The position numbers and the translations under genes are program-made. Under the pieces are notes generated by a model. The model saw nothing but the letters and a program-made list of their open reading frames with translations. It was not told the DNA's origin and searched no databases. A stretch of DNA of 64,000 nt from Octopus vulgaris (Eukaryota): contig OX597821.1 in the NCBI GenBank assembly GCA_951406725.2, forward strand, positions 4,402,001 through 4,466,000, written 5' to 3'. Below are positions 41,463 to 54,928 of the stretch, piece by piece; position 1 is the first letter of the stretch; each line of letters begins with the position of its first letter.

Positions 41463-42140
41463 CGGCTAATGATGAAGATTAGTGGTTGAAAATAAATATA
41501 TAAAACAAACGTAGAAAAAAAAATGAAAAGGCTAATAATAATTTAACATTATTTGAAAAGGTAATGAGTAGCGAACTTCTTCACTACTTCAGGGAATGAC
41601 GACCCTGCCTGACACGAGTTCCGGACTCAGCTGGCTCCGGCTGTCAATACTCGGTATGGGCCCCTATCCAGGGTTACGGAAAGGAGACAACCTTCAAAGA
41701 AATCTGGAGTGGATCCCTGAAGGCGGTTTAGTGTTCGACTTAACACTCTTCCGGCAGCTCCTGCAAACAAGCTGATGCCAAACGTAATGCTCTGCACTCC
41801 TTTGCACCCATATCAGCAAGATCGAGAGAGGAATCCTGACGATTGGGCTACCCAGGATTTTCTTATTTCTAGCCCAGGCCTGCGCAAAACTGGAGAAGAC
41901 ACTTCAGTGCTGCTGTAAAAAGCAGCAGAAAACACGGGAGGTAAGAATCACGAGTGATAAATCCATTCAGCTTGGCGTAAAATATGGGCGCTACGGGTTA
42001 CCTCTGACGGTGGCAGGGACTTCCGTGTCCTGTTGGTTAGCTACTGCCCACCTCAAGCTGGGCAGCCTCCAGTTAATAAGGTGCTGACTCGCCAAAAGCC
42101 GCCTGCTTTATTGGGTGCTTGGAGCTAAGAGTTTGACTTG

Positions 42141-45100
42141 AAAAGCGGCCTGCAACCTCTGCACCAGGCAAACAACTAAAAGACAAGAAACCACCAGTCC
42201 TGCGGCTAGCAAGCTGGAATATCAGGGTTGAAGACACAAGAAAAACGGCCATCATTGACCGTGACTAAAGAGGCTTAACATAGACATTGCTGGGCTACAG
42301 GAGACAAGACTTCTCTCAAACGGCAAACTCAAAGAACAGGATTTCACTTTCTTTTGGCAGGGAAGCGAACCTGAAGAACCTCGTCCGCATGGCGTTGGCT
42401 TTGCAGTGAGAAACCCATTACTCTCCTCAATAGAACCACCATCAGGAGGCACTGAGCATATCCTCTCACTGCACCTCTCGACTTCTTCTGGCTCCGTACA
42501 TCTATTGAGCAGCTATGCTCCCACTCTCTACAGCTCAAAGGAGACCAAGGAACAGTTCTACCGAGATCTCAACTGTGTCATTAAAAATATACCAACAAAT
42601 GAAAACATCTACCTTCTAGGGGATTTTAACGCTCGCGTGGGGTCTGACCATGATTCGTGGCCCATTTATGTTGGACACTTTGGTATTGGCAACATGAATG
42701 TCAATGGTCAGAGACTACTTGAATTTTGCACATACCATAACCTGTGCATCACAAGCACATTCCTTGCCAACAAGCCATCCCACAAGGCATCTTGGAGACA
42801 TCCAAGATCTCACCACTGGCATCAGCTGGATCTCATCATTACACGAAGATCCTTTCTGAATTCTGTTCAGCTGACCCGCAGTTATCACAACGCGGATTGT
42901 GACACAGACCACCCACTAATTAGAAATAGGGTGAGGATTCTGCCTAAAAAAGTCCATCACCCCAATAAAGTGGGCCGACCACGTATTAACACTGCCAGAA
43001 CCTCGAACCCTACACTGCGAAAATGTTTGCTGCTCCTATCAAGGTTGCCCTCAGTAGCTGCCCAACATCCTCTGCTGAAAGTAGGTGTAATTATGTGAGG
43101 GAAGCTTTGTATACCACATCAATAGATACTTTCGGCATGAGAGATAGGCAAAACTCAGATTGGTTCAATGATGGGCTCTCGGAGCTGGAGCCAGTTATCG
43201 AAGCAAAGCGTGCAGCTCTGATGCATTACGAGAGTGATACTTCTACAAAGTCACTCGAAGAACTCAGAAAGGCAAGAAATAAAACCTAACTGACAGCCAG
43301 ACGCTGTGCAAATAGGTATTGGCAGGAAATCTGTCAGAGTATCCAGTCAGCTGCTGACAGTGGCGACACCCGTGGGTTGTATGCCGGTTTGAAGTAGGCG
43401 AGCTGGCAGAAACGTTAGCACGCCGGGCGAAATGCTTAGCGGTATTTCGTCTGCGTTACGTTGTGAGTTCAAAATCCGCCGAGGTCGACTTTGCCTTTCA
43501 TCCTTTCGGGGTCGATAAACTAAGTACCAGTTACGCACTGGGGTCGATGTAATCGACTTAATACCTATGTCTGTCCTTGTTTGTCCGCTCTGTGTTTAGC
43601 CCCTTGTGGGTAATAAAGAAATAGGTTTGAAGTAGGCCTCGGTCCATCTGCAACTAAGTCAGCCCCTCTGAAATCAACTACTGGAGATCTCATCAGGGAT
43701 CAAAGCAAGCAAATGGATAGATAGGTGGAGCACTACTAGGATCTCTACTCACGGGAGACTACAGTAGCTGAGGCTGCAATCGAGAGTGTCAAGGTTTTGC
43801 CAGTCATGTGCGAACTTGACAATCCGCCATCTATAGCAGAGCTCACTAAGGCTATTGACTCCCTAGCAAGTAACAAGGCTCCGGGAAAAGACGGCATCCC
43901 CTCATATATCATCAAAGCCGGCAAAAACACCATCCTGCTTCGGCACCTTCATGAGCTTCTGTGTCAGTGCTGGGAAGAGGGTACAGGCCCTCAGGATATG
44001 CGGGATGCTAACATCATAACGCTTTACAAAAACAAAGGTGACCGTGGTGATTGTAACAATAACCGTGGAATATCTCTTCTAAGCACTGCAGGAAAGACCT
44101 TTGCTCGCGTTATCCTGGCCAGGCTACAACTACTTGCTTCTCGAATTTATCCGGAATCGCAGTGTGGCTTTAGAAGAAGCAGATCAACTATTGACATGAT
44201 ATTCTCCATACGCCAACTTTAGGAGAAGTCCAGAGAACAGAAAATGCCATTATATATGGCCTTCATTGATCTGACAAAGGCCTTTGACTCGGTAAGTAGA
44301 AAAGGCCTCTTCATCCTGCTCCAAAAAATCGGATGTCCACCAAAGCTGCTGAGGATCATCAAGTCTTTCCCTGATGATATGCAAGGCACCATACAGCACA
44401 ATGGTTCAACATCAGCCGCCTTCCAAATAAAAAACGGGGTAAAGCAAGTTTGTGTCCTCGCTCCTACATTATTTGGCATCTTCTTTTCACTCTTTCTCTA
44501 ACATGCCTTTCAGACATCAGATGATGGAGTGTTTCTGCACAGTAGAAGTGACGGGAATCTGTTCAATCTCTTGCGCCTGCGTGTCAAGACCAAAATCAGA
44601 AGCGTCCTGATCAAGGTGATGCTATTTGCTGATGATGCCGCTCTGGTAGCACACACAGAAGAAGCCCTCCAAAGGCTCATCAACTGTTTTGAGCAAGCAT
44701 GTAACGACTTTGGCTTACTTATCAGCCTCAAGAAGACTAACATCATGGGTCAGGCTACATCGGACATCCCAAACATACATATTGGAGACCACAGATTACA
44801 GGAGGTGGAGAAGTTTACCTATCTTGGTTCTACCGTCACCTACAACCTATCCCTTGACACTGAGCTCAATATACGCATTGGCAAGACAGCTACTGCGATG
44901 GCCCACCTCTACAAACGGGCATGGGACAACAATAAGCTGACCAAGACCACGAAAATGAAGATCTACCAGGCATGTGTAGTTAGCACTCTACTGTATGGAA
45001 GTGAGACTTGGACGCCATACACACGCCAAGAGCGTCGCCTAAACATCTTTCGCCTGCGCTGCCTCCGGAAAATCCTTCGCATCAAATGGCAGAATCATAT

Positions 45101-45458
45101 CTCCAACAAAGTTGTCCTCAAGCAAGCAGGAATACCAAGCCTGTTTGCGCTCCTCACACAAAGACGTATGAGATGGCTTGGGCATGCTAGCCGTATGAAA
45201 GATGGCAGAATCCCGAAGGACAGGCTCTATGGAGAGCTTGCTAGGTGTACTAGGTCTGTGGGTAGACCGTTCATACGTTACAAGGATGTTTTCAAAAGGG
45301 ACTTGAAAGCCTGCAACATCAATATTAGCAATTGGGAAGCAGTTGCCAGCAATCGTGGAGATTGGCGACGTACCGTAAAAGAGGGAATACAAAGGAGTGA
45401 CATAGAGAGAGAGAGGAGAAATGGAAAGACAAGAAAATACGTCAACAAGAAACTATGA
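42141..45458 (+). pseudogene. RTE APE-endonuclease/reverse-transcriptase ORF broken by stops, frameshifts and a SINE
   Basis: LASWNIR, GLQETR, YAPT, LLGDFNARVG, HQLDLI, DTDH (APE); KAPGKDGIP, RGISLLS, PESQCGFR, AFIDLTKAFDSV, GVKQVCVLAP, LFADD, FTYLGS, LLYGSETW, RWLGHASRMKDGRIPK (RT and C-terminus). Confidence 0.93.
43397..43625 (+). mobile_element. SINE family B inserted in the RTE LINE
   Basis: ggcgagctggcagaaacgttag...gagttcaaaatcc head; ggtttgaagtaggc duplicated at 43386-43399 and 43624-43637 (exact TSD edge ambiguous). Confidence 0.95.
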
Positions 45459-45659
45459 CTTTACAACCAGCCAGGAACAGTATTCGCTACATTTGCGGTA
45501 CCTACATTTGTCAAGGATAGGACTACACAGCCACGGCAGGAAATGTATTTGGGCATGAAATGTAAAAGCCGGACTAGACTATTTTATGCGCAACTCCATT
45601 GTCTCCCGAGACATAAAGGATACCAACCAACCATATATATATATATATATATATATATA

Positions 45660-45927
45660 CTTTCTTTTATTCTTTTAACTGCTTCAGTCCAATGACTGTG
45701 GCCATGCTGGAGCACCGCCATTGTGATCATCTTTCCACTTTCCACCTTTTACGGAGAGGCTTTTGGTGAAGGATGGAGTACGATGTTTCTGCCCTCTTTT
45801 AAGTTTCTTGCTTAGATATTGGCTCATTCCTGGATCTCGGTGAGCCAGAGGTGAAGTACACGTTTGAAAACGTCTACATCCACTCCATGGAGGCTCGTCA
45901 GATTTTTTGGCAGACAATTAAACAATT
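45660..45927 (-). mobile_element. 5'-truncated LINE 3' end (CR1/L2-group-like) with SINE-A-type tail
   Basis: Translates QLFNCLPKNLTSLHGVDVDVFKRVLHLWLTEI/EPISKQET*KRAETSYSILHQ, then ggcggtgctccagcatggccacagtcattggactgaagca. Clade is inferred. Confidence 0.75.
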
Positions 45928-48458
45928 GTGTATATATATACACATACACACATACATATACCTTTCTGATTTTGTTAATCAGAGCACACATGGCATCATA
46001 AAATAAATAGGTAAACTAAGAAATAAATGGTAATCTTAATTTGCTTTTGCTTCACATCTGACGTGGCAGAGGTTGGTTAGTGTGGTTGATGCAGGCGAAA
46101 TGTTATCCTCCAAGGAATATATTAGCTAAAAATAAAGACTGAATAAGCAGTAATTGTGGTGAAGTAAAATGAAGCAACATACAAAGCGATATATGGCGAT
46201 GGAATTGTTAAATAATGAGTTAGAAGAGGCTACGAATGTACATTGTCAAGGCTTTTGTAATGGCTCACAACTTCCAATTTTGAATATTCAAATGTTGCAT
46301 GTGCCCGTGTGTATTTGCGTAAGTATGCACGAGTGTATGCTTATGTGCGTGTATATATGTATCGATGCATACATACAAACATACATGCATACATACATGC
46401 ATACATACATTCATATATGTACATCTACGCGTAAACTCGTATATATATTGATCACTGAATATATATAATTATAGAATTGTATACGAACCATATGAATCAT
46501 CGCTGTATAATTTTTGCTGTTGTTTTACCCTAATCAACCCCAATTGGCCAGACCCTGGATGAAAGTGTTTTCAATCACCATCGTTGTATCTTTTCATGTC
46601 TGTGAAGGGCTGCATTACTGCATCATTTATTTAGCTAAGCAGGTATAATGTAAAAGAGAATTTCCTTATTATTCCAAATAAATAAAACGGTTACGTAAAG
46701 GTTATCTCATTACTTCACATAGCTGTATGGCGTAATGTAACATTTGCTGTTGAGTTAACGGTAATAAAGAGGAAATACAATTTAACTCGTGTATTTTCCA
46801 TATATTTTACTCAAGAGAAAATATAGAACTTATGAACATTTATGAAGCAGTTGAGATGATTGGGATGGAATTCTAAAGCTATCCTGAAACCGGAGGCTAG
46901 ATCTGAATATCTGCAACAGAGTGAAAATCCGCTAAATTTAAGCAGTTGGCCAGATTGCGATAGTTAAAACTGTCACCCGAGCGAAACCAGAAAAATTTTG
47001 TTTGTCTTTTTTATTAATTGCAACTCAAACAATGCATTCATTATATATTTCATAGATTTCCTTTGAAGGTGGCATATTGAAAATTCTGTTATGGATACTT
47101 ATGCGTGTATGTAGAACGACAATTCATCTACAGAGCAATAGAATGAATGCGTGCTTGAAAGGAATACCCTTCATCAAAACAGACTAAGATCAATTCCTAC
47201 AGGACATCTGTAAAAATGTTCAATGGTTTGTCTTTTAGTAAAAGTAAACAAAATTCTGTGGCATTTGTTAGTAACTCTAAAGTATAAGGATCGGTTAAAG
47301 CGTTCCAAAACAATTCACATGAATTTAGTGATATTTGCGTAAAAGTGAAGTCTGCTTTTTGTTATCAAGCACAGTGATAGCCAAGCACTTGTTCGTATCT
47401 TATTAGATCTTGTCGACCAAACAGACATTTCGGGTAATTACCCGTGAAACTTATTTAATTTTTTGAAATTATCTCCCCTTGCTTTGAGTGTCACTCTCAA
47501 GGGTTCATATTTGTTTCTCCTACCTAAAATTAAAAAGTGACAAGTTTCCTTTTAAGTACGTTATTTCCTATAGATCCTTAGCTATATAAATTTGTGCAAT
47601 GTCCCATTTCACTTTATTTCAATTAGCTTGAAATTTCAAATTATGAAAATTACATCTGGCCAAATTTTGTCGCGACCATATATTTTGTTAGAATTCTAAT
47701 GAGTCCTTCTTTTGCTAAGGTAGTAGGGAATCTTTTGACCGTTTGCTACTATTTCTAACCGTTTGAATAACAACTTAGATACTGCTTGCCTCCTATGATT
47801 TTCAGGGTATGATTATGTCAATTATCAGCATATTCTGAAGAATGTATGTATTTTTGGTCAGCACATATTACTGATAAGAAATATATTGTCATTCCAAGTT
47901 ATATAAAGATAGTATATACTTCGCACTATCACGTATTGCAACATCGGCGCCTATCTTTCTTCGAAATCTGCTGCAGATGTTTCGTTCGTTCAGAATTTCG
48001 AAACAACATATAAACTTTATTATGTAAAACATCTGCTACATTTTATTGAGTCACTGTAAGCAATGGAATGGCGTCGAAACAAAGAACATTAAATATATTT
48101 AATTAAAACTCGTATATTACAATCGCCAATGCAATTAGATTATGTAAACTTTTAAAGTTGCCGCTTAGACATATTTTGAATACCATCAATACGGCGAGGG
48201 TTTTTGCTATGTTTAGACGGTGTTCATGTTTTCGATATTGTGTTAGATAGCAAGGAATACGCCGTCGATATTTTGACATTTGAACTCAGACGTATACGAG
48301 ACATGAATATGCTAAGTAATTATTTTGCCTAGTACATATCGGTGTGGCTTCATATTGAGCAATCATTTTTTTCTGTGCATGCTCCTATAGCAATGTATCA
48401 CATTAGGAGCGGTGTACCAATGATTACTTGTACTTTAGACCAGTTGTATACATTTGAA

Positions 48459-48789
48459 GTTGCATGACTCAGTGATTAGAGCGTCGAGCTTACGATCGTG
48501 AGGTTGTGAGTTCGATTCCCGGACCGGGCTGCGTGTTGTGTTCTTGGGCAAGACACTTTATTTCACGTTGCTCCAGTTAACTCAGCTGTAGAAATGAGTT
48601 GCGACATCATAGGTGCCAAGCTGTATCGGCCTTTGCCTTTCTCTTGGATAAAATCAGCGATGTAGGGATGGGAGTCTGGTACGCATGGACGACTGGTGGC
48701 CTTCGATAAACAACCTTGCGTGACTTGTACCTCGGAGGGTAACTTTCTAGGTGCAATCTCATGGGCATTCATGTCCGAAGGAGATCTCT
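48459..48789 (+). mobile_element. tRNA-derived CORE-like SINE, family D
   Basis: tgactcagtgattagagcg (A box), gagttcgattccc (B box), gtgttcttgggcaagacacttt...ctcagctgtagaaatgagt. Confidence 0.85.
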
Positions 48790-49064
48790 CAAACATGCGC
48801 TGAAAGATTTTAGTAATCCAGCCAGTCTCCTTTATGCAATATGAATACTGATTTCAAGTATGTATATTGCACAAGGCAGACAATATGGAGGGAGGGTGTA
48901 AATCGATTTCATCAACCACAATGTTCAGCCTGTATTGATTCCATCTATCTAGAAAGGGATGGCAGCCAAAATAGACCTCACCAGAACTAAACTCATAACA
49001 TAAAGACAGACGAAATTCTTGTTACCTTGTTGCTCTGCGCGATAGTGACTCTATCAACCTTTCA

Positions 49065-49066
<2 letters not shown>

Positions 49067-49146
<80 letters not shown>
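49067..49146. repeat. (TG)n microsatellite
   Basis: Uninterrupted TG run of about 80 bp. Confidence 0.97.
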
Positions 49147-49148
<2 letters not shown>

Positions 49149-49416
49149 AGCTATTTCTTTTTGGCGAGTTATCTCACAAGGGAAAGATGAATTTAGCTTG
49201 CTACGCCCGTTTCCCGTAAAAATAATGAGGTTAGTGTTTTTTGTGGTTTTCAGGGTAGGTTTTGACTCTTATTTTTAGCAGTTGCTGTTGCTATATTGCA
49301 CCGTTTATTTATTAATCCATTTTTGCTTTTTAATTGCTTGCGAGCCACTTATACTATAATGTGCTAAATGAATCTTAATATATTAAGATATCATTGCATA
49401 ATCTAATTGTATTAAG

Positions 49417-49484
<68 letters not shown>

Positions 49485-49486
<2 letters not shown>

Positions 49487-49840
49487 TAACTTAGGATATC
49501 TACGACGAGATACCGCCATGCTGAAAATAGCAGCCAGTATCTGACTCAAAAACCACCTTAAGTGTTTATATAGCACAAGGAGAGAAGAAGAAAATACAAA
49601 ATAAAACTAGTAAACAATTATCCGGTAATTTTACTGTACTATATGAACACTTAAGGTGGTTTTAGAATCATATACTGGCTGTTATTTTCAGCATGGCAGT
49701 ATCTCGTAGATACACTAAGTTATAATTTTTGATAATAACTATTACCTTTGAAGGTTTATTTCCATGCTGGCCACTTGATAAGATCGTTAAGATCGTTATT
49801 TCATTTAAATTAACGATCGTATCCTTATTTATATAAATTT
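49485..49840. mobile_element. TA-embedded fold-back element
   Basis: 49486-49573 is an imperfect reverse complement of 49639-49723; (TA)n on both sides. Confidence 0.8.
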
Positions 49841-49858
49841 ATATATATATATATATAT

Positions 49859-50020
49859 AAATCCTTAAATCCTTAAAAATGTTTGAGCCCGAAGGCTGCG
49901 GCCATGCTGCGGCACCACCGTTGAATGAGCTACACTAGTATGTGAATCCACCTCTGATACGCGGCACTTGGTCAACAAGGGAGTTTGATGCCGCTGCCCG
50001 CATCTGTGTCTCCTGCCGAG
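49859..50020 (-). mobile_element. Short LINE 3' end, same group as 45660-45927
   Basis: Translates RQETQMRAAASNSLVDQVPRIRGGFTY*, then ggtggtgccgcagcatggccgcagccttcgggctcaaaca and aaggattt repeated twice. Confidence 0.75.
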
Positions 50021-50607
50021 ATACAATTCTGATTAATGCAATGAAATTATGTATATTTACGCATGAGCTGTTCGACTTTTATTCTTTTTTATGTACAAGA
50101 TAATTATTCAATAAATTTAAATTGCAAGAAGATTAGACAAGCAGAAGCGCAACATTTCTGAATACAATAATTGTGGTGTTCATTTACACATCCTCACAAT
50201 ATATGTTTTGATTCCGTCTGGGTTGACTTCATTTTTCACAAATCCTCGACTGATTTTTGTGTTTGCAGATGGCGTAATAAGCGACGATCTTTAAATATCA
50301 ACAAACAGCCTTTGCGCACGCTACCATTCATACTTCTTCCATTGCAAGTACTGCACCAGATTCCTAGTTCTCTCAAAACAAATAATTTTTACTGGAGATA
50401 TCAAGTCTGAAATCTAATGCTGCAAGTTCCTGCAAAGAGCTTGGGAACATAAATATTTGAAATGTTATAAAACTGCTAACACCCAAGAGTCGAATCAAAC
50501 TACTACAAATTTATAAACTTTTGTCCATCATAAGAACACGCCGGGCTCTGTCAGTAGAGAACCGGTATCGATGAAATCGACTTATCTCCTTCCGCGAAGC
50601 TGCTGGC

Positions 50608-50638
<31 letters not shown>

Positions 50639-51070
50639 GAGTGAGAGAACAGTGCATGCCATCAAAGTGACACTAGGGTAAAATATACAAAGCCCAGTAT
50701 ACCCATCACGACTCCCCATCTGATAAGGGTACACTAGGCACATGCATCACAACCATATGTGCGCGACATGGTGATCGCATATCAAGATAAACAGCACATG
50801 ACCTTGCAGGTGAGGCCCAGTTAGAAATTTGCTTTGGTCGAGTAACCCATCCCGCTTAAAATGTCCCTGAGTAAGGGTTGTTTAAGGATGTTGAACGAAA
50901 CACCCATGTTTCCAGAGGTGAATTATTCAAACTCCAAAGAATTCCTCTCAACACATGGCTATGATGCTCCCCCACTACTTCTGCTCGTGATCAGAGATGC
51001 ACATATCGTCAGCCACTAAAGGACATGCTCAGCTGGTTAAGGTCAAACAACTGACAAGCAAATCTGTGAT
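50608..51070 (-). mobile_element. Unclassified retroposon-like repeat ending in an (AAT)n tail
   Basis: GC-richer block abutting (ATT)n at 50608-50638; single copy here, so class and strand are inferred from the tail. Confidence 0.45.
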
Positions 51071-54042
51071 ATTTACATTTTATGTTCAAATGCCGTCAAG
51101 GTGGACTTTACCTGTATTGGGTGTCTATAAATAAGAAACAGTTTAACACTAGGGTCGATGCAATCAATTCACCCGCTTCCTAGTAATTGATGGCCTTAAT
51201 ACTTGGGCCGTGTTGAATAGTTAGTGCACGGAACAAAAATCATTTGCGCTATTTCTTTCAGCACTTGATCAACTGAATTATAATTCAGCCGAGGTATACT
51301 TGATTTCATTTTCTCAGGGTCGATAAACTAACGTACCAATCAATTACTGAGATTTTTCTACTCGTGATTTCCTCTCGACCCTAAATTCCTGGTCTTGTGC
51401 TATAATTAGAAAAAAACTTATTATTCATCTTGTTAATTGTTATCACAGTTCCAATTCGATTTGATGTCATTTTCTATTTCAAACACCATTTGTTTAGGCT
51501 TGTAATGCTTCTTTGAATTCTCCACTTAAATAATTATTCTACTCTTTCTTTTTTTATTTCTACATATTCTCCTTCACTTCTTGCCATTATTACTATTGTT
51601 TCTAAGCAACAATATCTTTTTTTATCTTTTCTTGTTCGTCTTATTGCTTTTGTTTTAAACATGTGATCATTGCTAAAAGTTTTAATTCTACTAAGTAATC
51701 AAGACATTGATATCATTGTTCTTTCTGTATCTGTTTTATCTATTATTTTTCCCTCCTCTTTAGCTGTTTAGTGCTTTGTTGATTACATTTTACAGGTATT
51801 TTTCTTTCCTTTGTTGTTTATCGTAGTAATGTTTGTTTCTTTTTTCCTTGCTTTTATATATTTGTTCACGATTTGCATTATTCCTTCTGCTGCATTTGAC
51901 ATAGTAATCAGAAGTTCTTTGCAAAAATAAAACAACTGAAAATCATTTAACTCTGACGCAATTATGTAAGATAAATTATTGTAAAATTTTGTTTCTTAAA
52001 GAGAAAAAGAAAGAGGAAGACAGTTCTGAGATAATATATAATCATTATTGCGGAAAATTTCCGTATTCTATTACCATTTTCTTCGTTAAAGTTCACAGTT
52101 AGCTGAGTTAAAATGGCTGGGGAGAATATTAGCATATAAACGGTCGATATCTAACTAGTCTCATATTTTAACTGCTCTGGTTTCTTTACAGAGGCTATTG
52201 TTGATTCGTATCAGCCATATTCTTATACGGGACCAACCTATTGTTCTTACATAATAGGCTCACAGAATGTTGTCTTTTGTTTTTTTGAAAATGAGAGCGT
52301 TTGATTTGCTGCAATTTGACTACTATTTCTAGATGGTCAAGCTGTTGCTTAGCCTTTCGACAGCTCTGATCATGTAGACTAATGGTTACAGATACATCAA
52401 CAAGGAAGACCAGTCAGTCATCTCTGTATAAAGGAACACAACACATTATGTAGTGTGTCCTTGTATTTTAAAACAGTAACTTATAACTTGTAGTTTTTCT
52501 GGCTGCTATTTTTAGCAGCACGATTGTACATTTTTTTTTTTTTTTTTAGCGGAAGACAAAAATTATTCCAGTCAAAGTGGTGTCGCTACAAAACGCATTT
52601 ATAATGTCCATGGACCTGAAGATGATTGTCAGGAAGCTGTCTGTGATAATGACAATTAGACTTGCATTTGTGACTGTAACACTTTTATATTTTGGCTGGA
52701 ACTTGAAGATTTTTCGTTAGGATTTGGGTATTTCTCTAGCAATTTACAATCTCCAATTGTAAATTGTAGGTATCAATTACACGATTATCAATTGAAGCCA
52801 AAGACTGAATGTATTTGACTGTATTGCATGTATTATGTGTCCATTGACACGGAATGTTAGAGGATATAGAATATACCAATGCGAAATCATATGGAATATA
52901 ACACTGTCTTGTGACATGAAATATATCAAATGAAGAATATGCAGTATACTGTTGTCAATTTACATGGAATATAGTATTGCAAATACAGAGAGAATATACG
53001 CTGTGCAAAGTTATGGAATGTAACAGTATCAGTTGACATAATGTATAAGATTGTGGAATGATATAGTGTACACCACTATAAATTGACGTAGGATACATTA
53101 CTGTTAATTGATAAAAGAGACAGGATAAGCACAGACCTGGGTGTGTGCCCTACCTGAAAACCGTTGTTTGTCTGGTTACATCTCTATGAATTACTAGTTA
53201 CACAAAAAAGACAGGTGGAATAAGAACCAATCTTCACACTTTGAAATATGTGCTATTCGTTCGATTATAAGTTTAGGCTAATGAAAATTGAACTGCGCTA
53301 TTTCTGTTCCGAAATTCATCTCGCAAGTGCAAAATTCGATAATGTGTTTGTTTAGGCCTTATCCCATGCATTGAATAGTGAACTTTACTCAGTCAGCTGT
53401 TCGACGTGAACTGTGTTCACCACGCGTGCAAGCATGCGTAAATTGCATGAAAAATAAAAAATCAAGATATAAAAACGAATTGCTGTAAACATTGTAGAAA
53501 TTCGGCAAAGAAATGAATTTTCAGGATGTAGACTGGAGGGTTTTTTCGTATTAATCGTTTGGACTTTGTGAACACATACCAATTGTTTTCATACCATTTT
53601 TAACGCTTTGAATTAAATGTGACCATTTTGCGTTGAGTCTGCATTTTGAATCACTTTAACCAAATTTTAGCAGGCCAGATTTTTGATCATCACGATACAT
53701 CACCAGAGACTCCCTGAAACTCTCCCCTGAAATCCCCGTTGAGAAATACTGATCTAAAAGAATAATTAAACAATGCAATTATTTGATCAACAAAAATTTA
53801 TGAATCGCCTCTAGGTACTTCCTATTGAGGAAATGGAACACATAAGCGCAAAAATAGAGGGCATTAAATGCTTGGTTTTAAAACCAAAATAATTGAATTT
53901 TGATTGAACTTCATCCAAGTTTAGCTTAATTCGCGCGTGCATAGAACGCAAGAGGCCACGAGCCTGGAAATAGTGCTAATATAGATATATACATTTATAT
54001 ACATATATATATATATACATATATACATATGTATAAAGATAG

Positions 54043-54078
<36 letters not shown>

Positions 54079-54121
54079 GGGGGGAGAGAGATTGATAGAA
54101 AGTATGCAATAGGCATATATA

Positions 54122-54158
<37 letters not shown>

Positions 54159-54162
54159 TATT

Positions 54163-54196
<34 letters not shown>

Positions 54197-54241
54197 TAGA
54201 CAGATGGATATATATATATGTATATATAGATAGATAGATAA

Positions 54242-54290
<49 letters not shown>

Positions 54291-54354
54291 AATTAGCACA
54301 AAAGCAGACATTGCGTAAGAAAGCAATTTTTAATATACGACTTAAATTGATTAA

Positions 54355-54548
54355 TGTGATGATGCTATCGTTATCGATGAGGAGGTGGAGGAGGATGTGG
54401 TTGTTTAGGATGATGATGAAGAGGAGGTGGATGTTGTTGTTGAAGATGATGATGATGATGATGATGATGGTGATGATGGTGATGATGATGATGGTGATGA
54501 TGGTGATGATGATGGTGATGATGATGTTGATGATGATGGTGGTGGTGT

Positions 54549-54586
<38 letters not shown>

Positions 54587-54605
54587 GTGGTGGTGATGGT
54601 GGTGG

Positions 54606-54663
<58 letters not shown>

Positions 54664-54775
54664 GGTAGTGGTGGTGATGATGATGATGATGATGCTGATG
54701 ATGATGATGATGGTGGTGCTGCTGCTGATGATGATGATGATAATGATGATGATCCTGATGATGACGACGACGACG
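54355..54775. repeat. (GAT)n/(GGT)n trinucleotide tract
   Basis: Directly visible; source of the poly-Asp, poly-Met and poly-His ORFs. Confidence 0.95.
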
Positions 54776-54880
54776 AACACGAGAACGACGTTGATGGTGA
54801 GAACTTAACAGAAGAGGAGAAACATTGTGGAGGAGTAGACGAATAGTATGTGGGTGGGGCACTTGTAGAAACAAATGACG

Positions 54881-54928
<48 letters not shown>

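Larger units (their letters stand above)
41590..45633 (+). mobile_element. RTE-clade LINE, near full length, inactivated
   Basis: ~550-bp 5' leader (left boundary approximate), APE then RT coding fragments, short 3' UTR ending ccattgtctcccgagacataaaggataccaaccaacc before (TA)n; interrupted by SINE B. Confidence 0.93.

Noticed and set aside
41007-41489. Poly-Leu membrane-like ORF
   Set aside because: Mixed trinucleotide microsatellite.
41575-41750. HDV-like ribozyme at the RTE 5' end
   Set aside because: I could not build the nested double pseudoknot by eye.
52840-53110. Degenerate minisatellite with recurring atggaata
   Set aside because: Period is too irregular to define a unit reliably.
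53640-53752. hAT-like terminus (gttgagaaatactg)
   Set aside because: No matching opposite TIR or 8-bp TSD found.
54311-54874. Poly-His, poly-Asp/Gly and poly-Met ORFs
   Set aside because: Overlapping frames on both strands of one (GAT)/(GGT) tract; no non-repetitive domain or splice evidence.
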